Source of the DNA: Octopus vulgaris
Lineage: Eukaryota
Direction: 5' to 3'
Assembly: GCA_951406725.2 (NCBI GenBank)
Contig: OX597831.1
Span: forward strand, 39,804,001-39,868,000
Length of the DNA stretch: 64,000 bases
Shown here: one piece after another, positions 44,999-58,269 of the stretch
How the letters are laid out: each line of letters begins with the position of its first letter
Position numbering within the stretch: position 1 is the first letter of the stretch
Translations under genes and position numbers: made by a program
The notes under the pieces: generated by a model
What the model saw: the letters and a program-made list of their open reading frames with translations, nothing else
What the model was told of the DNA's origin: nothing
Databases searched by the model: none

Positions 44999-45376
44999 AC
45001 ATTACTTACATTCGACGGATATTTGTCCTCATCTTGTTTGTTGTTAACAAAACGTTTCGGCTGATATACCCTCCAGGCTTCTTTAGGTGTCTTGGGGAAA
45101 TTTCGAACCTGGGTTCTCATTCCTAAGGTATTTGTCGAAGTTTTTGTTGTTGTTATTATTATTATTATCATTATTATTATTGTTCTGGTCACTGCTTGGA
45201 ATTGAACTTGGAATCTTGGGGTTAATAGCCTGCGCTCTTAACCACTACGCCATATGCCTGTGGGCTGGGGGTGTATATCAGCTGAAACGTTGTGTTAACA
45301 ACATAGAAGATGAGGACAAATATCCGTCGAATGTAAATAATGTACATAATTCCTCATCTCTTAAATATAGAACTGT
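44999..45376 (-). mobile_element. tRNA-headed short element with a hammerhead motif and inverted terminal copy; 13-bp TSD
   Basis: TSD ATGAATGACATTT at 44986-44998 and 45377-45389; inverted repeat 44999-45079 / 45263-45343; A box TGGCGTAGTGG and B box AGTTCAATTCC on the minus strand. Confidence 0.8.
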
Positions 45377-45489
45377 ATGAATGACATTTGTTTACATAGG
45401 GACTAGGGAAGTTTGGCAATTTGCTGTACTCAATAAGATGCCTGAGACTAAGTAAAATCATTGTATTGCATGCATACAGGCTTGCATCT

Positions 45490-46372
45490 TTCAGGTGCTG
45501 GTGCCACTTAAAAAGCACCTGTGCTGGTGCTCCATTAACACACCTATGCCAGTACTGTGCAAGTGCACCCATGCTGGTGGTATGCAAGAAGCACCTGACA
45601 CATTCTGTAAAGTGGTTGGTATTAGGAAGGGCATCCAGCTGTAGAAACCTTCCCAAAATAAAGAGTCTGGACAACTCCCTGCTAGCCTGCTCCATGTCGA
45701 ACTGGCCAACCCATGCCAGCATAGAAAGCGGACATTAAGTGATGACGATTCACATAATGCCAATACAAGGCAACACAAACATACTCTCGCTCACATACAT
45801 ACACACATACATATACATACACGCTTACAGCCATACTGTGCTGGTGGCACATAAAAAGCACCCATTACACTCTTGAAGTGGTAGGCATTAGGAAGGGCAT
45901 CCAGCGATAGAAGCCCTGCCAAATCAGACTGGAATCCGATGCAGCTCTTGGGCTTATGAGTTCCATTCTAACTATCCAATCCATGCCAGCATGGAAAGCG
46001 GACGTTAAATGATGATCATGATGATTTACATACATACATCATCATTGTTTAACGTCCGCTTTCCATGCTAGCATGGGTTGGACGACTTGACTATGGTCTG
46101 GCGAACCAGATGGCTGCACCAGGCTCCAATCTGATCTAGCAGAGTTTCGACAGCTGGATGCTTTTACATACCACCGGCATGAGGGGCAGTCAGACAGTAC
46201 TGGCAATGGCCACGCTCAAATGGTGCTTTTTATGTGCCACCTGCACAGGAGCTAGTCCAGCGGCACTGGCAATGACCTCACTCGAATGTTTTTTCACGTG
46301 CCACCAGCACAAGTGCCAGTGAGGTGATACAGGTAACGATCACGCTCGAATGGTGCTTTTTACATGCCAGCA
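45490..46372. mobile_element. Three RTE-LINE 3' ends (+,+,-), the last two tail-to-tail
   Basis: Repeated AGGAAGGGCATCC / CCATGCYAGCATGG motifs. Confidence 0.75.
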
Positions 46373-48393
46373 CTCACACGTTTGTATATAGACACAGCTA
46401 TATATGATAGCTCTCTGTTACTTTCCATGTTAAATCCACTCAGAAGGCTTTGGTGGGCCTCTGGGTACACTGAAAAGGTGCTACACAGTTGATATTGAAC
46501 CTGAAACCGTGTGGCTAGGAAACAAACTTCTTAACCATACGGCCACATCAACTCATACCAACATAGAACATTGCTGTTAAATGATGATGTTGATGTGATG
46601 ATTAAGTCTTGGATTGACCCAGGGGTATTAGGAAACATATTTTGCTTTAGATGTCACACGGTTTGGGATTGAACCCGGTAATATAGGATTACAAAATGAG
46701 CATCGTAATTGTATGGCAATACGTCTTTGCTCATCTTTTCAGACTTCCCTTTCATTTCCTTTTTGTTTCTCTCGTCTCTTATTCCTCTCAACCATCTCGA
46801 TTTCTTTTATTCATCTGCACATTTCCTCTTCATTTGTCTTTCTCGGCACTTTCTCTCTCTTTTCTTCCGCTCGTAGTTTCAGGCTGTAGGAGAACTTAAT
46901 GAGCCGCTATTTGCATTCAAAGAGACACATCGGAACGTTGTGAAGAATCTCATCAAGCGTCACTTGCTTGTTTACTCGTTCGCTAACTCGCTCGCTCACT
47001 TAATTCTTCTACTTCTTACCTCCAAACGAGTTGTCATTCATTGCAGATCATTAACGCAGAGCGAGAGCCATTCCGTACAAGCAATCAACAGCATAAGCTT
47101 TCATGATTAATTCACAGCACACATCCAAAGCAAATGTCCTACAGGGCTGCTATCTTTATAATCGATGTTTATCCCCCCGAAATTTCTGATTATCTACAGG
47201 AAAGGTTTTTCTTGGAGATGGGTGGGGGAAAAGAGAGAAAGAGAAAGCATTCCATATTCTTGGTTTCGTTTCCTCTTTGTTTATCTCTTTATTTGTGCTT
47301 TGTTTATTATTTTCGTAATAAATCCGTGATAGATTAAAACGATCAGTTGGTCCAGCTCATAGCGTGTTTTTCTTGGACATCAAATACATCATAATGCTAA
47401 TGATAGTTATTATAATAACAGTGACAAACGTAGACAGCAGTGGTGACATGCAGATGGTGGTGGTGGTGGCAGCAGTGATAGCAGCGGTGATGGTGGTGGT
47501 AGTGAGGTGAGGTGGTGGCTTTAAAAATTTCTAAGTTGTGGTTTGTAAAATGTAAAACTAATACAAATCAATCGCGTCTTGTTTAAACTCTGCTAATCAA
47601 TAAAAATTGATACCTTGTTGTTAATTTTCATTCTCTTTGCCTGCTCACACTCACACACTCTCCTTCTCTCTTTCTCTGTCCGTCTGTCACTTTCTCTCTC
47701 TTTCTGTCCGCTCCCCCCATCTTCTTCCCTCTCTCTCTTCATCGCTCTATTATTCTCCATTCTTTCAACATAATCATGACCGAAGGATGAGCAATTATTG
47801 AACACTTTATAATTTGGAAACTTACCAAAGATATGCTGGTCTTTCATGCTTGCATCCTTCTATCTATTGGTCTGTCAGTTTGTCTTTCTCTCCCCATCCT
47901 TGTCCACCTCCTCCCTTCATCGTACTATCGTCATCATCACCATCGTATTTTATCTATTTTCTTTATTATTATTATTATTATTATTATTGTTTCTTCTGTT
48001 CATCTGTCCCCCCCCCCGCTTACTCTCTTGTTTATGTCTTCTGAGAAATTAGAAATTCTCTTTCTCTTCGTTTCCATTCACGTTGCTTTTCCTCTTTGTT
48101 CATATTCTTCAGGGTTCCACTTCCTTTGCATTCAATTCTTTGTTTTCTTACGTATCTCTAATGTCGTCATCGCCCTTCATGTCTGTGGCGGTGGTCGCGG
48201 CAGTAATTCCACTAATTGCGGAAAGTTTGATCTTTCAGAAGAGAAGAATTTTTCTTTCACTTTCAGCGTGAAGTTCCATTATGAAAGCATCATTTGTCTC
48301 CATATTTGTTTCATACACGCACAAATACATATAGACATAAATACATACCATATATGTATATGATATGCCTATACACACATATGTATATATGTA

Positions 48394-48435
<42 letters not shown>

Positions 48436-48684
48436 TACAAAGATACACAAAAACATGTACAGATGTACTCCTACATTCATACATGAATATATATATGCAC
48501 CCATGTGTATATATATGGTTATATATTGTACACTATATAGCCTCTAGTTAAGGAGCATGCTAATAAAAAAATACATGCTCTTGATTTGCAGAAATGGCCT
48601 ATTTATGTTATTTATTTACAAATATGCGTTATATACATGTGTGTGTGTGTGTATATATGTATGTGTGTGTGTATATATATATAT

Positions 48685-48848
48685 AGGCACAGGAGTGGCT
48701 GCAAAGTAAGTAGCTTGCTTTGCAACCACATGGTTCTGGGTTCAGTACCACTGTGTGGTACCTTGGGCAAGTGTCTTCTACTATAGCCTGGGGCCAACCA
48801 AAGGCTTGTGAGTGGATTTGGTAGACAGTAACTCAAAGAAGCCCATTA

Positions 48849-48915
<67 letters not shown>

Positions 48916-49100
48916 CTGTGTTTGTCTCCCACCATTGCTTGACACCCGATGTTGGTGTGTTTACATCCCCTATAACTTAGCTGTTCAGCAAAAGAGACCA
49001 ATAGAATAAGTAGTACGTTTACAGAGAATAAGTCCTGGAATTGATTTCTTCAACTAAAGGCAGTGTTACAGCATGGCCGCAGTCATATGACAAACAAATG
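48685..49100 (+). mobile_element. SINE family A, full length
   Basis: Collinear with the other copies; preceded by (TA)n. Confidence 0.85.
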
Positions 49101-49164
49101 AAAGATACACCAAGATACCACTGCATGGTATCTTGGTGTATCTTTTAGTAAATGGATATTGTAC

Positions 49165-49295
49165 ATGGTCAATGACAGTGTCGTGTAACTGGCACCTGTG
49201 CTGGTGGTGTGTAAAAAGGAACCTTCGAACTTTGGGCCTCACAGAGGCAGTGACAACTGACAGAGACCCGTGGCAATATACTGTGCTTGTCAAGG
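49165..49295 (+). pseudogene. RTE-LINE ORF C-terminal fragment
   Basis: VKRNLRTLGLTEAVTTDRDPWQYTVLVK, with the DRxxW terminal motif. Confidence 0.6.
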
Positions 49296-49389
49296 TGGCA
49301 TTAGCGTGCCAGGCGAAATGCTCAATGGTATTTTGTCTCTCTTTACATTCTGAGTTCAAATTGCACCAAGGTCAACTTTGCCTTTCAGA

Positions 49390-49942
49390 ATATTCACCGA
49401 AAAAAAGCTAGTGGTGTTTGTTTGGTGGTCCAGCACTGGTGTCCTTCATTTCATGAGACCCAGTAAGTCAATTACAATGAATGTATACATCAATTGGATA
49501 AAATGATGTGCGAACTTGCAATTAAACAATCGAGATTGGTCAATAGAGACAGGCCAATTCTCTTGCAAGACAATGCTTGACCACATGTTGTACAAAGAAT
49601 GCTGCTCATGTTACAGGAACTGAACTTGGAAGTACTCTTTCATCCTCCATATTCACTTGAGCTTGCACCAACTGACTATCAGGTTTTCTGGGCATTAGAC
49701 AACTTTTTGCAAGGGAAAAATTTCAAACCTGAAGAAGATGCAAAACAGCCTTCTGTGATTTCATCACCTTTTACTCTCCAGAATTCTTCGCTGCTGACAT
49801 AAATAAGCTACTGATAAAATGGCAAAATTGTGTTGATAATTTAGATGCATTACTTTGATTAACTGCATTGCTTTTTGTTGAAATAAAATAAAATAAACCT
49901 TCAGTTCAAAAATCATGCATTTCATTGTTAATGACTTGATAT
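49390..49942 (+). mobile_element. Decayed mariner transposase, C-terminal half
   Basis: VWW, RLVNRDRPILLQDNA*PH, HPPYSLELAPTDY.VF.ALDNFLQGK (mariner HDNARPH / YSPDLAPxD motifs), with stops and frameshifts. Confidence 0.85.
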
Positions 49943-50164
49943 ATTTACATCAATCCTTTAAAAAAAAAAAAAGTTTTATTTATGTAAGTTTCTGTTTTGT
50001 AACATTGGCAATCTAACAATTAGACACTAATAAAAATAAATTAGGTATCATTAACCGAACTTCCTAGAAAACCTTCAAAGCTGAATTGGTAATCGTTCAT
50101 CATACTCAAGTTTTCTCCTACTCTGTTTCTTGTTTACTCTTGGTATATTAGTTTTTGTCTCAAG

Positions 50165-50584
50165 CATGGTTGTGTGCTAAGTGGGTTTCTTCTATATGTA
50201 TGGTTTCAGGTTTAGCTCCACTGTGTGGCACCTTGGCCAAATGTCTTCTACTTAGCCCTGGGCTGACCAGAACCTCTGAGTGAATTTGATGGACAGAAAC
50301 TGACAGAAGCCCATTGTGTGTCTGTGTGTCTGTGTGTCTGTGTGTTTGTGCCTTCTTGCTTTGGCATCATGTGGCTGTTATAAATGAATGTCATTCATTT
50401 CCAATATCCTGCCAAAACAAGTCTGACTAGAGGGAAATATTACCTTCCGTTGACAGAGATAAGGTTTGGCAAGAAAGAAAAGAGGAAAAAAAAAAAAACC
50501 CAACCACAGAAACTAAAATCTTTCTTGATAGTATTCATCTGACCCATGCAGGCAAGGAAAAGTGGACATTAAAATGACGATGAT
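50165..50584 (+). mobile_element. SINE with a family A head but a different body and an RTE-type tail
   Basis: Head GGCACCTTGGCCAAATGTCTTC..GAAACTGACAGAAGCCC; tail GACCCATGCAGGCAAGGAAAAGTGGACATTAAAATGACGATGAT. Confidence 0.6.
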
Positions 50585-52689
50585 TTATTCTCCATTTTCT
50601 TCTGACAATAGAAGCTGTGCTTGTTGAGATGTTTGCTTAATGAATGAGCTGAAGGTTAATTTACTTGCGTTAGCTGTTAACTTTTTAACTGGGTTATTTT
50701 TTTTTTCTCCCGCCATTGTACATACACAATCTCATTATTAATTAAGGGAAGAAAGAAGGATGGCTTGATTGGATTGAATTAACTGCAAATTTGCATAGGA
50801 TTGTTTAAATAATTAATGTGTAATATATGCGCAAATTAAACTATGTTTCAGGTGATCATGTCAGTGTAAGCAAACTGTAATAAAAAAAAAAATATCATTA
50901 TCATACTGGTATTGTGGAATTTCATCCACCTTGGCAGTAATTCGGTTAGTGAATGAGTCTGTAAGGGTCTCGCAATATGGTTGGCCAACTTGCTAGAAAT
51001 AGCAACCAAATAGTCTTTATTAGATGTGTGTGTGTAACTACACAGACACACATACATACATATATATAATTGTATATACACACATAATTGTATACATGCA
51101 CATGATCATCATCATTGTTTAACCTTTTACCATTTAAAGAGGCCATAGCAGGCCTAAATCCTCTATTTTATCTTCTTGTTTTATGCTCAAACTGGCTAGA
51201 TCCAGCATCTCATGGGTATATAGTATTGAAAGAGATGAAAATATAAGGGGACAGGAACAGGTGTCTTGCTGTGGAAAATACATAAATTCTCAAACTTGGA
51301 AAGAGGAAGAGATAGATAGTGAGGGCATTCTCTAAAGGTACAAGGTGAACATGAGAAAGCGAGAATAGGGATAGAAGATTAGCAAGGTGTGGTGGGTTGG
51401 TAAGTTCTTGAAAGTGTGACAGAAGTGTGACTGATGATTAGAGATGGGGGATCGGTGCAGCCATCTGTGATGTCCGGCTGTCACACCCTGGACGTGTCCC
51501 TGCATCAAGGATGAAGGAGATAAGAAAATGTCTAGATGTGTGTGTGTGTGACCATTTAAGCACCTGAAACAATTAGTAAAAGTGTTACGCAACCATACTT
51601 GCTCACAAACGATGGTTGGTTGTACTTTGTAAATATCGATCATCTAAAGAGATCAATGACTGAACCAAATGAAAGAATACAGGCTAGACATAAAGCACAA
51701 AAGACAAAGAATAAATGTTCAAAAGTATTCGTTATTGTAACATTTTTCCATCACCCTAATTATAAAATGTCTAGTCTAGATTTTCAGATTTGGTGGGTTT
51801 TACGACTGTGATTCCAGACACAGATGCGTCGTGCTTTTTCAAAGTTGTATCCAATCTAAACGTTATGTTTGTTTGCTTTCTCATGATAAAGCCAAACGCA
51901 AATCGTACAGAAGTGACCTCTTGCCAATCTGCTTGCTATTCTTTAGAAATACATATGTTGTAAGTTTTCCAATTCATTAAGCAAACAAACAATAAATTAA
52001 TTGATTTGATCTGGTTTGATTTGATTTGATTGATTATTAAACTATGCTTAATTCAAAAGAGAGGACATTTCTATACTATTTATTGAATGTAAACAAATAC
52101 GATGCCGAAAGGAGACCTCGAACAGATAGGATACAGTCGGAATGAACAAAAGCTACGAAAAGAGCACCGTTTAAATTAAATTTCCTTTGTCATGGGCCAG
52201 ACTAACTGTTGTCTGGTTTCTTTTTCCTGTTTTATGTCTTTTTGAAATTTGCAATTGTGTTAGTAGTCATCGCTTTTCAACCTTCATACCACGACTGGAC
52301 TTCCAAAAACCACACCACACCTCATTCAGCAGAGTGACCCACTCTCCTCTTCTGCTTTGTGTCTCTTGTTCCAGATTCTATTTTATTGGTTTTTTCCATT
52401 TCTTGGACAGACACACATACACCGCTTGCGCTCAATGCTGCAGAACTGAATTTAGCTTACATTTGATCTCAGTTGTGATGTGTGAAAGTTCATCTCCGCT
52501 CGATTGTTTACCTCAGTAACCCTACACAAGAAATGAAAGCAAAAGAGTGTGTACAAGAGGGAAGGAGAGAGAGAGAGAGTGAGAGAGAGAGATGTAGGCA
52601 GATATCTTCTATGACTCCCTCCTCTTCCTTTATGTTTCCTCTTTAGCATCTTCTTCAGTTGCTGCTATTTTTTTGTCAAGTAATATTTG

Positions 52690-53019
52690 TTACAATGTCA
52701 GCTCTATATGTTCTGGGTTCATATCTTGCTGTGGCCAATTTTGTCTCTCATCCTTTTGAGGTCAACAAAGTAGCGTACCGAGGTCAATGGTTTTAACTAA
52801 CGCCGTCTCCTTAAACTTGTTGGCCTTGTGCCTAAATTAGAAACCATGATTATTATTATTATTGTTATTATTCAAATTTCTCCAAGGTTGACTTTGCCTT
52901 TCATCTTCTGAAGGTTTATAAAATAAGTACCAGCTGAGTACTGAGGTCGATGTAATCAAATTTTCCCCTCCTCCGAAATTAGTGGCCTTGTGCTAAAATT
53001 TGAAACCCTTATCATTATC

Positions 53020-53057
<38 letters not shown>

Positions 53058-53610
53058 TATTAAGGTGGCAAAGTGGCAGGACTGTTAGCATGCCAGACTA
53101 AATGCTTTGTTGCACTTCGTCTGCCTTTACATCCTGAGTTTAGATTCTGCCAAGATTTTCTTTGCCTTTTATCATTTCAGGGTTGATCAAATTTGTACTT
53201 CTTGAGCACTGGGGTCAATGTACTTGAACAGACGCCCCCCACCTCTACCACCACCACAAAAAAAAAAAAAAAGGCTTTTTTCCTGTAGTAGAACTCATTA
53301 AGATGGCAAGCTAGCAGAATCATTAGCATGCTTAGACAGAAAGCTTAGCAGTGTTTCTTCCAGTTCTTTACATTGAGTTACATGGAGTTCAAACTACCAA
53401 GGTTGATTTTGCCTTTCACTCTTCCAGGGTGAATATAATGATTGCCAGTCGAGCACTGGAGTTGACGCAATTGACTATCTTCCACTGAAATTTCAGGCCA
53501 TGTTCCTTCAGTAGAAAGGATTATCAATCCAGCTCTTTACATGTTGAATTAAACTCTCTCTGAGGTCATCTTTGCCTGCCCTTTTTTTAGAGGTGATGAA
53601 AAAAGTAACT
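52690..53610 (+). mobile_element. Head-to-tail array of diverged SINE family C copies separated by (ATT)n
   Basis: Repeated AAGGTYGACTTTGCCTTTCATC..., GGCCTTGTGC..., ATT runs. Confidence 0.75.
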
Positions 53611-54984
53611 GAGGCACCCTGGAGGGGCTGATAATAAATACCTTATTTTATAAAACAGAGTTGGTGTAGTATTCAACAAAGTATCGTGAGGTGATTATTT
53701 ATGTCTCAGAGCTTGATTTTGCTTTTTGTCCTTTAGGGTGCGATAAGATAAACTATACATGAAGCTTTGGTCAGTATAAGGCTTTAGTAAAAGAAGCTTG
53801 CTCAGGGTGCTATGCAGTGTGACTGAACTCAAAACCATGTGGGTGGGGAGCGAACTTCTTATCCCATTGCTACGCATGTACCTATGCCATACAGCCATGT
53901 CTGTAAGCTTTGCTGAAGAGATTTAATGAGGCTGAAAGGTCCACTTTCATCTCACACGATTGGTATTCTTGGAATTATTCCCATTTTCTTGCATTTATTG
54001 CTCTTTTTGAGCATATATTGTCCCAGAGGGCCGTTTTATCTACTAAATGCAAGGATACTGTTAGTTATTCAGTTTTCAACTTTTCTTTTTTTTTGTTTAA
54101 CCTCGTACATGCATGTGCAATCAAAATTATAAAGTGCAGTGAGTACATTTATTGAAGTAGAGCACGGAAAAAGAAAATACCAGTCTTCTGCTGCACAGAG
54201 TTTCCTCTCTCATGATCTTCAGGCAAATTGCATGTGAAAGTTATAGATTTGGATTTAAAAAAAAACAAGAAAACTAAAAAACTAAAAATAATAATAATAA
54301 TAATGATAATAATAATAATAATAATAATAATAGTAGTAGTAACAAAAATGATGATGATGATTATGGTTGAAGTCGTATGACTATAAAATGAAGAACATGA
54401 TAGAGGAAATGTGGAACAGCAATGGATTTTATACGCATTTACTTATAAACATGATTGTTCACATATACACTTGAATATATACACAGAGACACAGAAGCAT
54501 ATACACACATGCTCTCATTGCTGTGCTGTACACATGTGTGTATTCACATGCTTTTGCTCACATATACCCATGTATTTACAAAAGCACACACACACATGCA
54601 TGTGGTCTCATTATTGTTCATACATACATTTGCTTAGGCCTGTGCATATATTTGCATAATCATATGGTTGCATGCATGCATATTTGGATAGAGACATGCA
54701 TGCAGATGTACATTCACACATAGTGTATGGTTATACACATGCACACTTTGACGCGTTTATACTCATGTACACACATGCACGTACAAACGCATAACCGTCT
54801 TATGCGTATATTCACAACATAACCACGTCTGCATTCACAAAGATACACACACACACCCATCCATCCATCCATACTCACACACACACACCTACCTATGTTC
54901 ATGTAATCACTTGTGCATCTAATGTTAACAACAAAGTGCATCTATATTCTCATTGCCAAATATGGATATCCATATCCTTCATAC

Positions 54985-55555
54985 CTGATTTGTTTCAGTC
55001 ATTAGACTGTGGTCATGCTGGAGCACCGTCAGTTAAACGAATAAGCCTGATACTTATTCTGTCGGGTTCTTTTGCCGAACAGCTAAGTTACAGGAGTGTA
55101 AACAAAGCAACACTACTTGTCAAGTGGTGGTGGGAGATGAACACAACCACACACACACTCGACGGGCTTCTTTCAATTACCATCTATCCAATCCACTCAC
55201 AAGCCTGGGGCTAGACTAGAAGGCACCTGCCTAAAGTGCCATGCTTTGGGACTGAGCCCATAACCATGTGGTTCAGAAACAAACTTCTTGCTACACAGCT
55301 GAATGAACACATGCACACTCACATGTACACTCCCACCCACATACATTTATATTCTTTGATTCTTTTAAGCCATTTGACTGTGGCCATGCTGGTGCATCGC
55401 CTTTAGTTGAACAGATCGATCCTAGGAGATATTCTTTGTAAGCCTAGTACTTATACTGTCGGATGCTTTTGCTGAACCACTAGGTTATGGGAACATAAAC
55501 ACACCAACATCGGTTGTGAAGCGATGGTGGGGGGACAAACGCAGACACACACACT
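54985..55555 (-). mobile_element. Two SINE family A copies
   Basis: Tail motifs at about 54990 and 55370. Confidence 0.7.
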
Positions 55556-56162
55556 CTCGTATATATTTTTAGCAGGTTTTTAGCCCACTAATTTAATATA
55601 AAGTTCAGTCATCCTCCGATTGCTGTTAAAATCAGTCCAGTGAGAAACAACAACAACTCGAGTGAGATTTGTGAAGACTTCATGTACATGAGGGATTTAT
55701 TCCGATTCGGGATGAGAGCAGTTACACAGCTTGAACACTTACATTCAATAGAACGGAATGGAATTTGAACGAGGAAATGTTTACGTCTTGCTGCATTCCA
55801 TGAATGGTGAAAGAGGATTTAAGAAAATTTCAATCAATGAGAAGTTGTCTTGTAGCAGGAACAGAGAGGGAGAAACCGTGGCTAATTGCAGGTAGTGTGT
55901 GAGAGAAAGAGGATGTTACCTGTGTGTGTGTGTGCATGTCTTTTATAGCTATGTAACAAGCGCCACCTAGTTGCTAACGATGTGACAGGGAAGATAACTA
56001 GATGACTCACATTAAAACATGACGGCACTGGATTCAGATAATGTTGCCTACATATTCCTTCACAAATGTGTGTGGGTGTGCACATCTCTGTACTCTTTGT
56101 GTGTGTATATTGCTTTATGTACACACACACACACGGCATGATGTCACATTTTCAATTTTGAT

Positions 56163-57042
56163 AGGCACAGGCATGTTTATGTGGTCAAAAAGCATGCTTT
56201 CCAATCATGTGACCTTTTGTTCAGTTCCTCTGTACAGTACCATAGGTAATTGTTTTCTATTATAGCCACAGGTTGACCAAAGCCTTGTGAGTGGATATAG
56301 TAGATGGAAACTAAAAGAAACCTATCATGTGTCCATATGTGTGTTTTTGTGTCCCCCAAAATTAAAATCAAATTCGATGACTGGCGTCCGTGCTAACGGG
56401 GTGCAAAGAGCACCATACGAGTGTGATCATTGACAGAGCGGCCACTTAAAGGCACCATCAAGTGTGATCGTTACCAGCATTGCCTTACTGGCACTTGAGC
56501 CCCATGCCAGTAGGGTATTAAGAGCACCATCCAAGCGTGATCGTTGCCAGAGCGGCTATCTGGCCTCTGTGCTGGTGGCACATAAAAGACACCATTTGAG
56601 CGTGATCGTTACCAGCATCGCCTTACTGTCACCTGTGCCGGTGGCATGTGTAAAAGATTCGAGCGAGGTCGTTGCCAGTACCACCTGACTGGCACCCACT
56701 ACACTCTCGGAATGGTTGGCGTTGGGAAGGGCATCCAGCTGTAGAAACATGCCAGATCAAGATTGAAGCCTGGTGCAGCCATCTGGTTCGCCAGCCCTCA
56801 GTCATTCATCCAACCCATGCTAGCATGGAAAGCGGACATTAAACGATGATGGTGATGATGATGATGATGATGATGATGTGGGGTGTTTTTTTGTGCATCC
56901 CAATAACTCAGCAGTTCTGCAAAAGTGACTGAGAGCACAAGTACCTAACTTAAAAGTAAATACAGGGGTTGATTTGTTTGACAAAAGCCTTCAGAGTCAT
57001 TAGCCAGCATGACCACCATCTAAAACAAGTAAATATAAAAGA
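56163..57042 (+). mobile_element. Old SINE family A copy interrupted by an RTE 3'-end insertion (about 56372-56878)
   Basis: SINE head 56163-56360; SINE 3' half resumes after (GAT)n at 56879. Confidence 0.7.
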
Positions 57043-57885
57043 TATATATACACACCTCAACACATGATCACATACACACACACACACTTATATGCATACA
57101 TATATACATGGGAAAAGAGACGTGCAACCAGTTTATCAAGCATAGAAGCTCTAAAACTCTGCGCTCTTTTATTTCCTTATTTTCCTCTTGCTATCATCTA
57201 TAGCTTGGGGGAAGAATCCTGTTTGAAATTTTGGGCTTACCACTCGCCACAGCTATTTCACCTTACTCTTTCTGTCACCTTTCCCAAATACAAGTTTCAT
57301 CAGCACACTGCACCACTATTCTTTGGGTTTCTTGTTTTATTTTATAAATGTTTGTGTGTGTGTGTGTGTGTGTATGCATTTTTGTTCATGCGTGCACACC
57401 CAACGAACCCCACGCAAATATATAGAGAGGGTGGAAGACATAAAAAAAAAATGAGTGTGAGATAGAGAGGAAGAGAGCACGAGAGAGATAGACAGGTGTG
57501 AGGTAGACTGATAGACAGATAGATAGATAAATTGGTGGATTAACAAGAGAGAAGAGAGTGAATATATGAAACAGAAAGAGGGTGAGTCGAAGCTTGTGTG
57601 TGAAAAGAGTATATAGACAGAAAGAATTGAAATAGTGAGAAAAATAAATTGCAACTTAGATGATGTGAAAATTGCAATGGTGGCAGTAGTTGTGTCGTTG
57701 GTGGTGATGGTGGGGGTGAAGATGTAGGTGCTTGAGACAGATCAATAGAATTATTGGTGAAGAATTTTTCTACCAAATTTTTTTTCAATACTTTTTTTAT
57801 TTTCTTTGCCATCAATGAATGTCCTTAGCTTGTGAAAATTGCAACATTTTTCAGTGTTGACAATATTTCATTTTCTTTTAATTAT

Positions 57886-57918
<33 letters not shown>

Positions 57919-58269
57919 ATATATTTTCATTCATTTTTAAAGAAGTTGAATTATATAGACATTTAACTGCCAAATTTAACAAGGTGGGTTTTTCAGCTCT
58001 GCGCCACCAGTGACTCCATTGCTGCACCCGGCACCAATGCTGCTCTTTTTTTTTTTTTTTTATTGAAATTTCCCCCCCTTAAGCACCCCTCCACCACACC
58101 CAAATACACAACAACCATGTCCGTAACATCGATAATTGATTCTTCGAAATGCACTACGGCTATTACCGATATATCAAATAATCTAATTGACGCATTCTAC
58201 AACTGCTCGTTAAGAGGAAATGAACTTGATAAAAACCCCACCAATTTTTATAGATTGGAGTGAGAAAGC

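Noticed and set aside
53908-53945. CTGAAGA...GAAAGGTC
   Set aside because: No convincing stems I or II
56380-56700. Spaced direct repeats resembling a CRISPR array
   Set aside because: Eukaryotic retroelement 3' units; the spacers are homologous to one another and there are no cas genes
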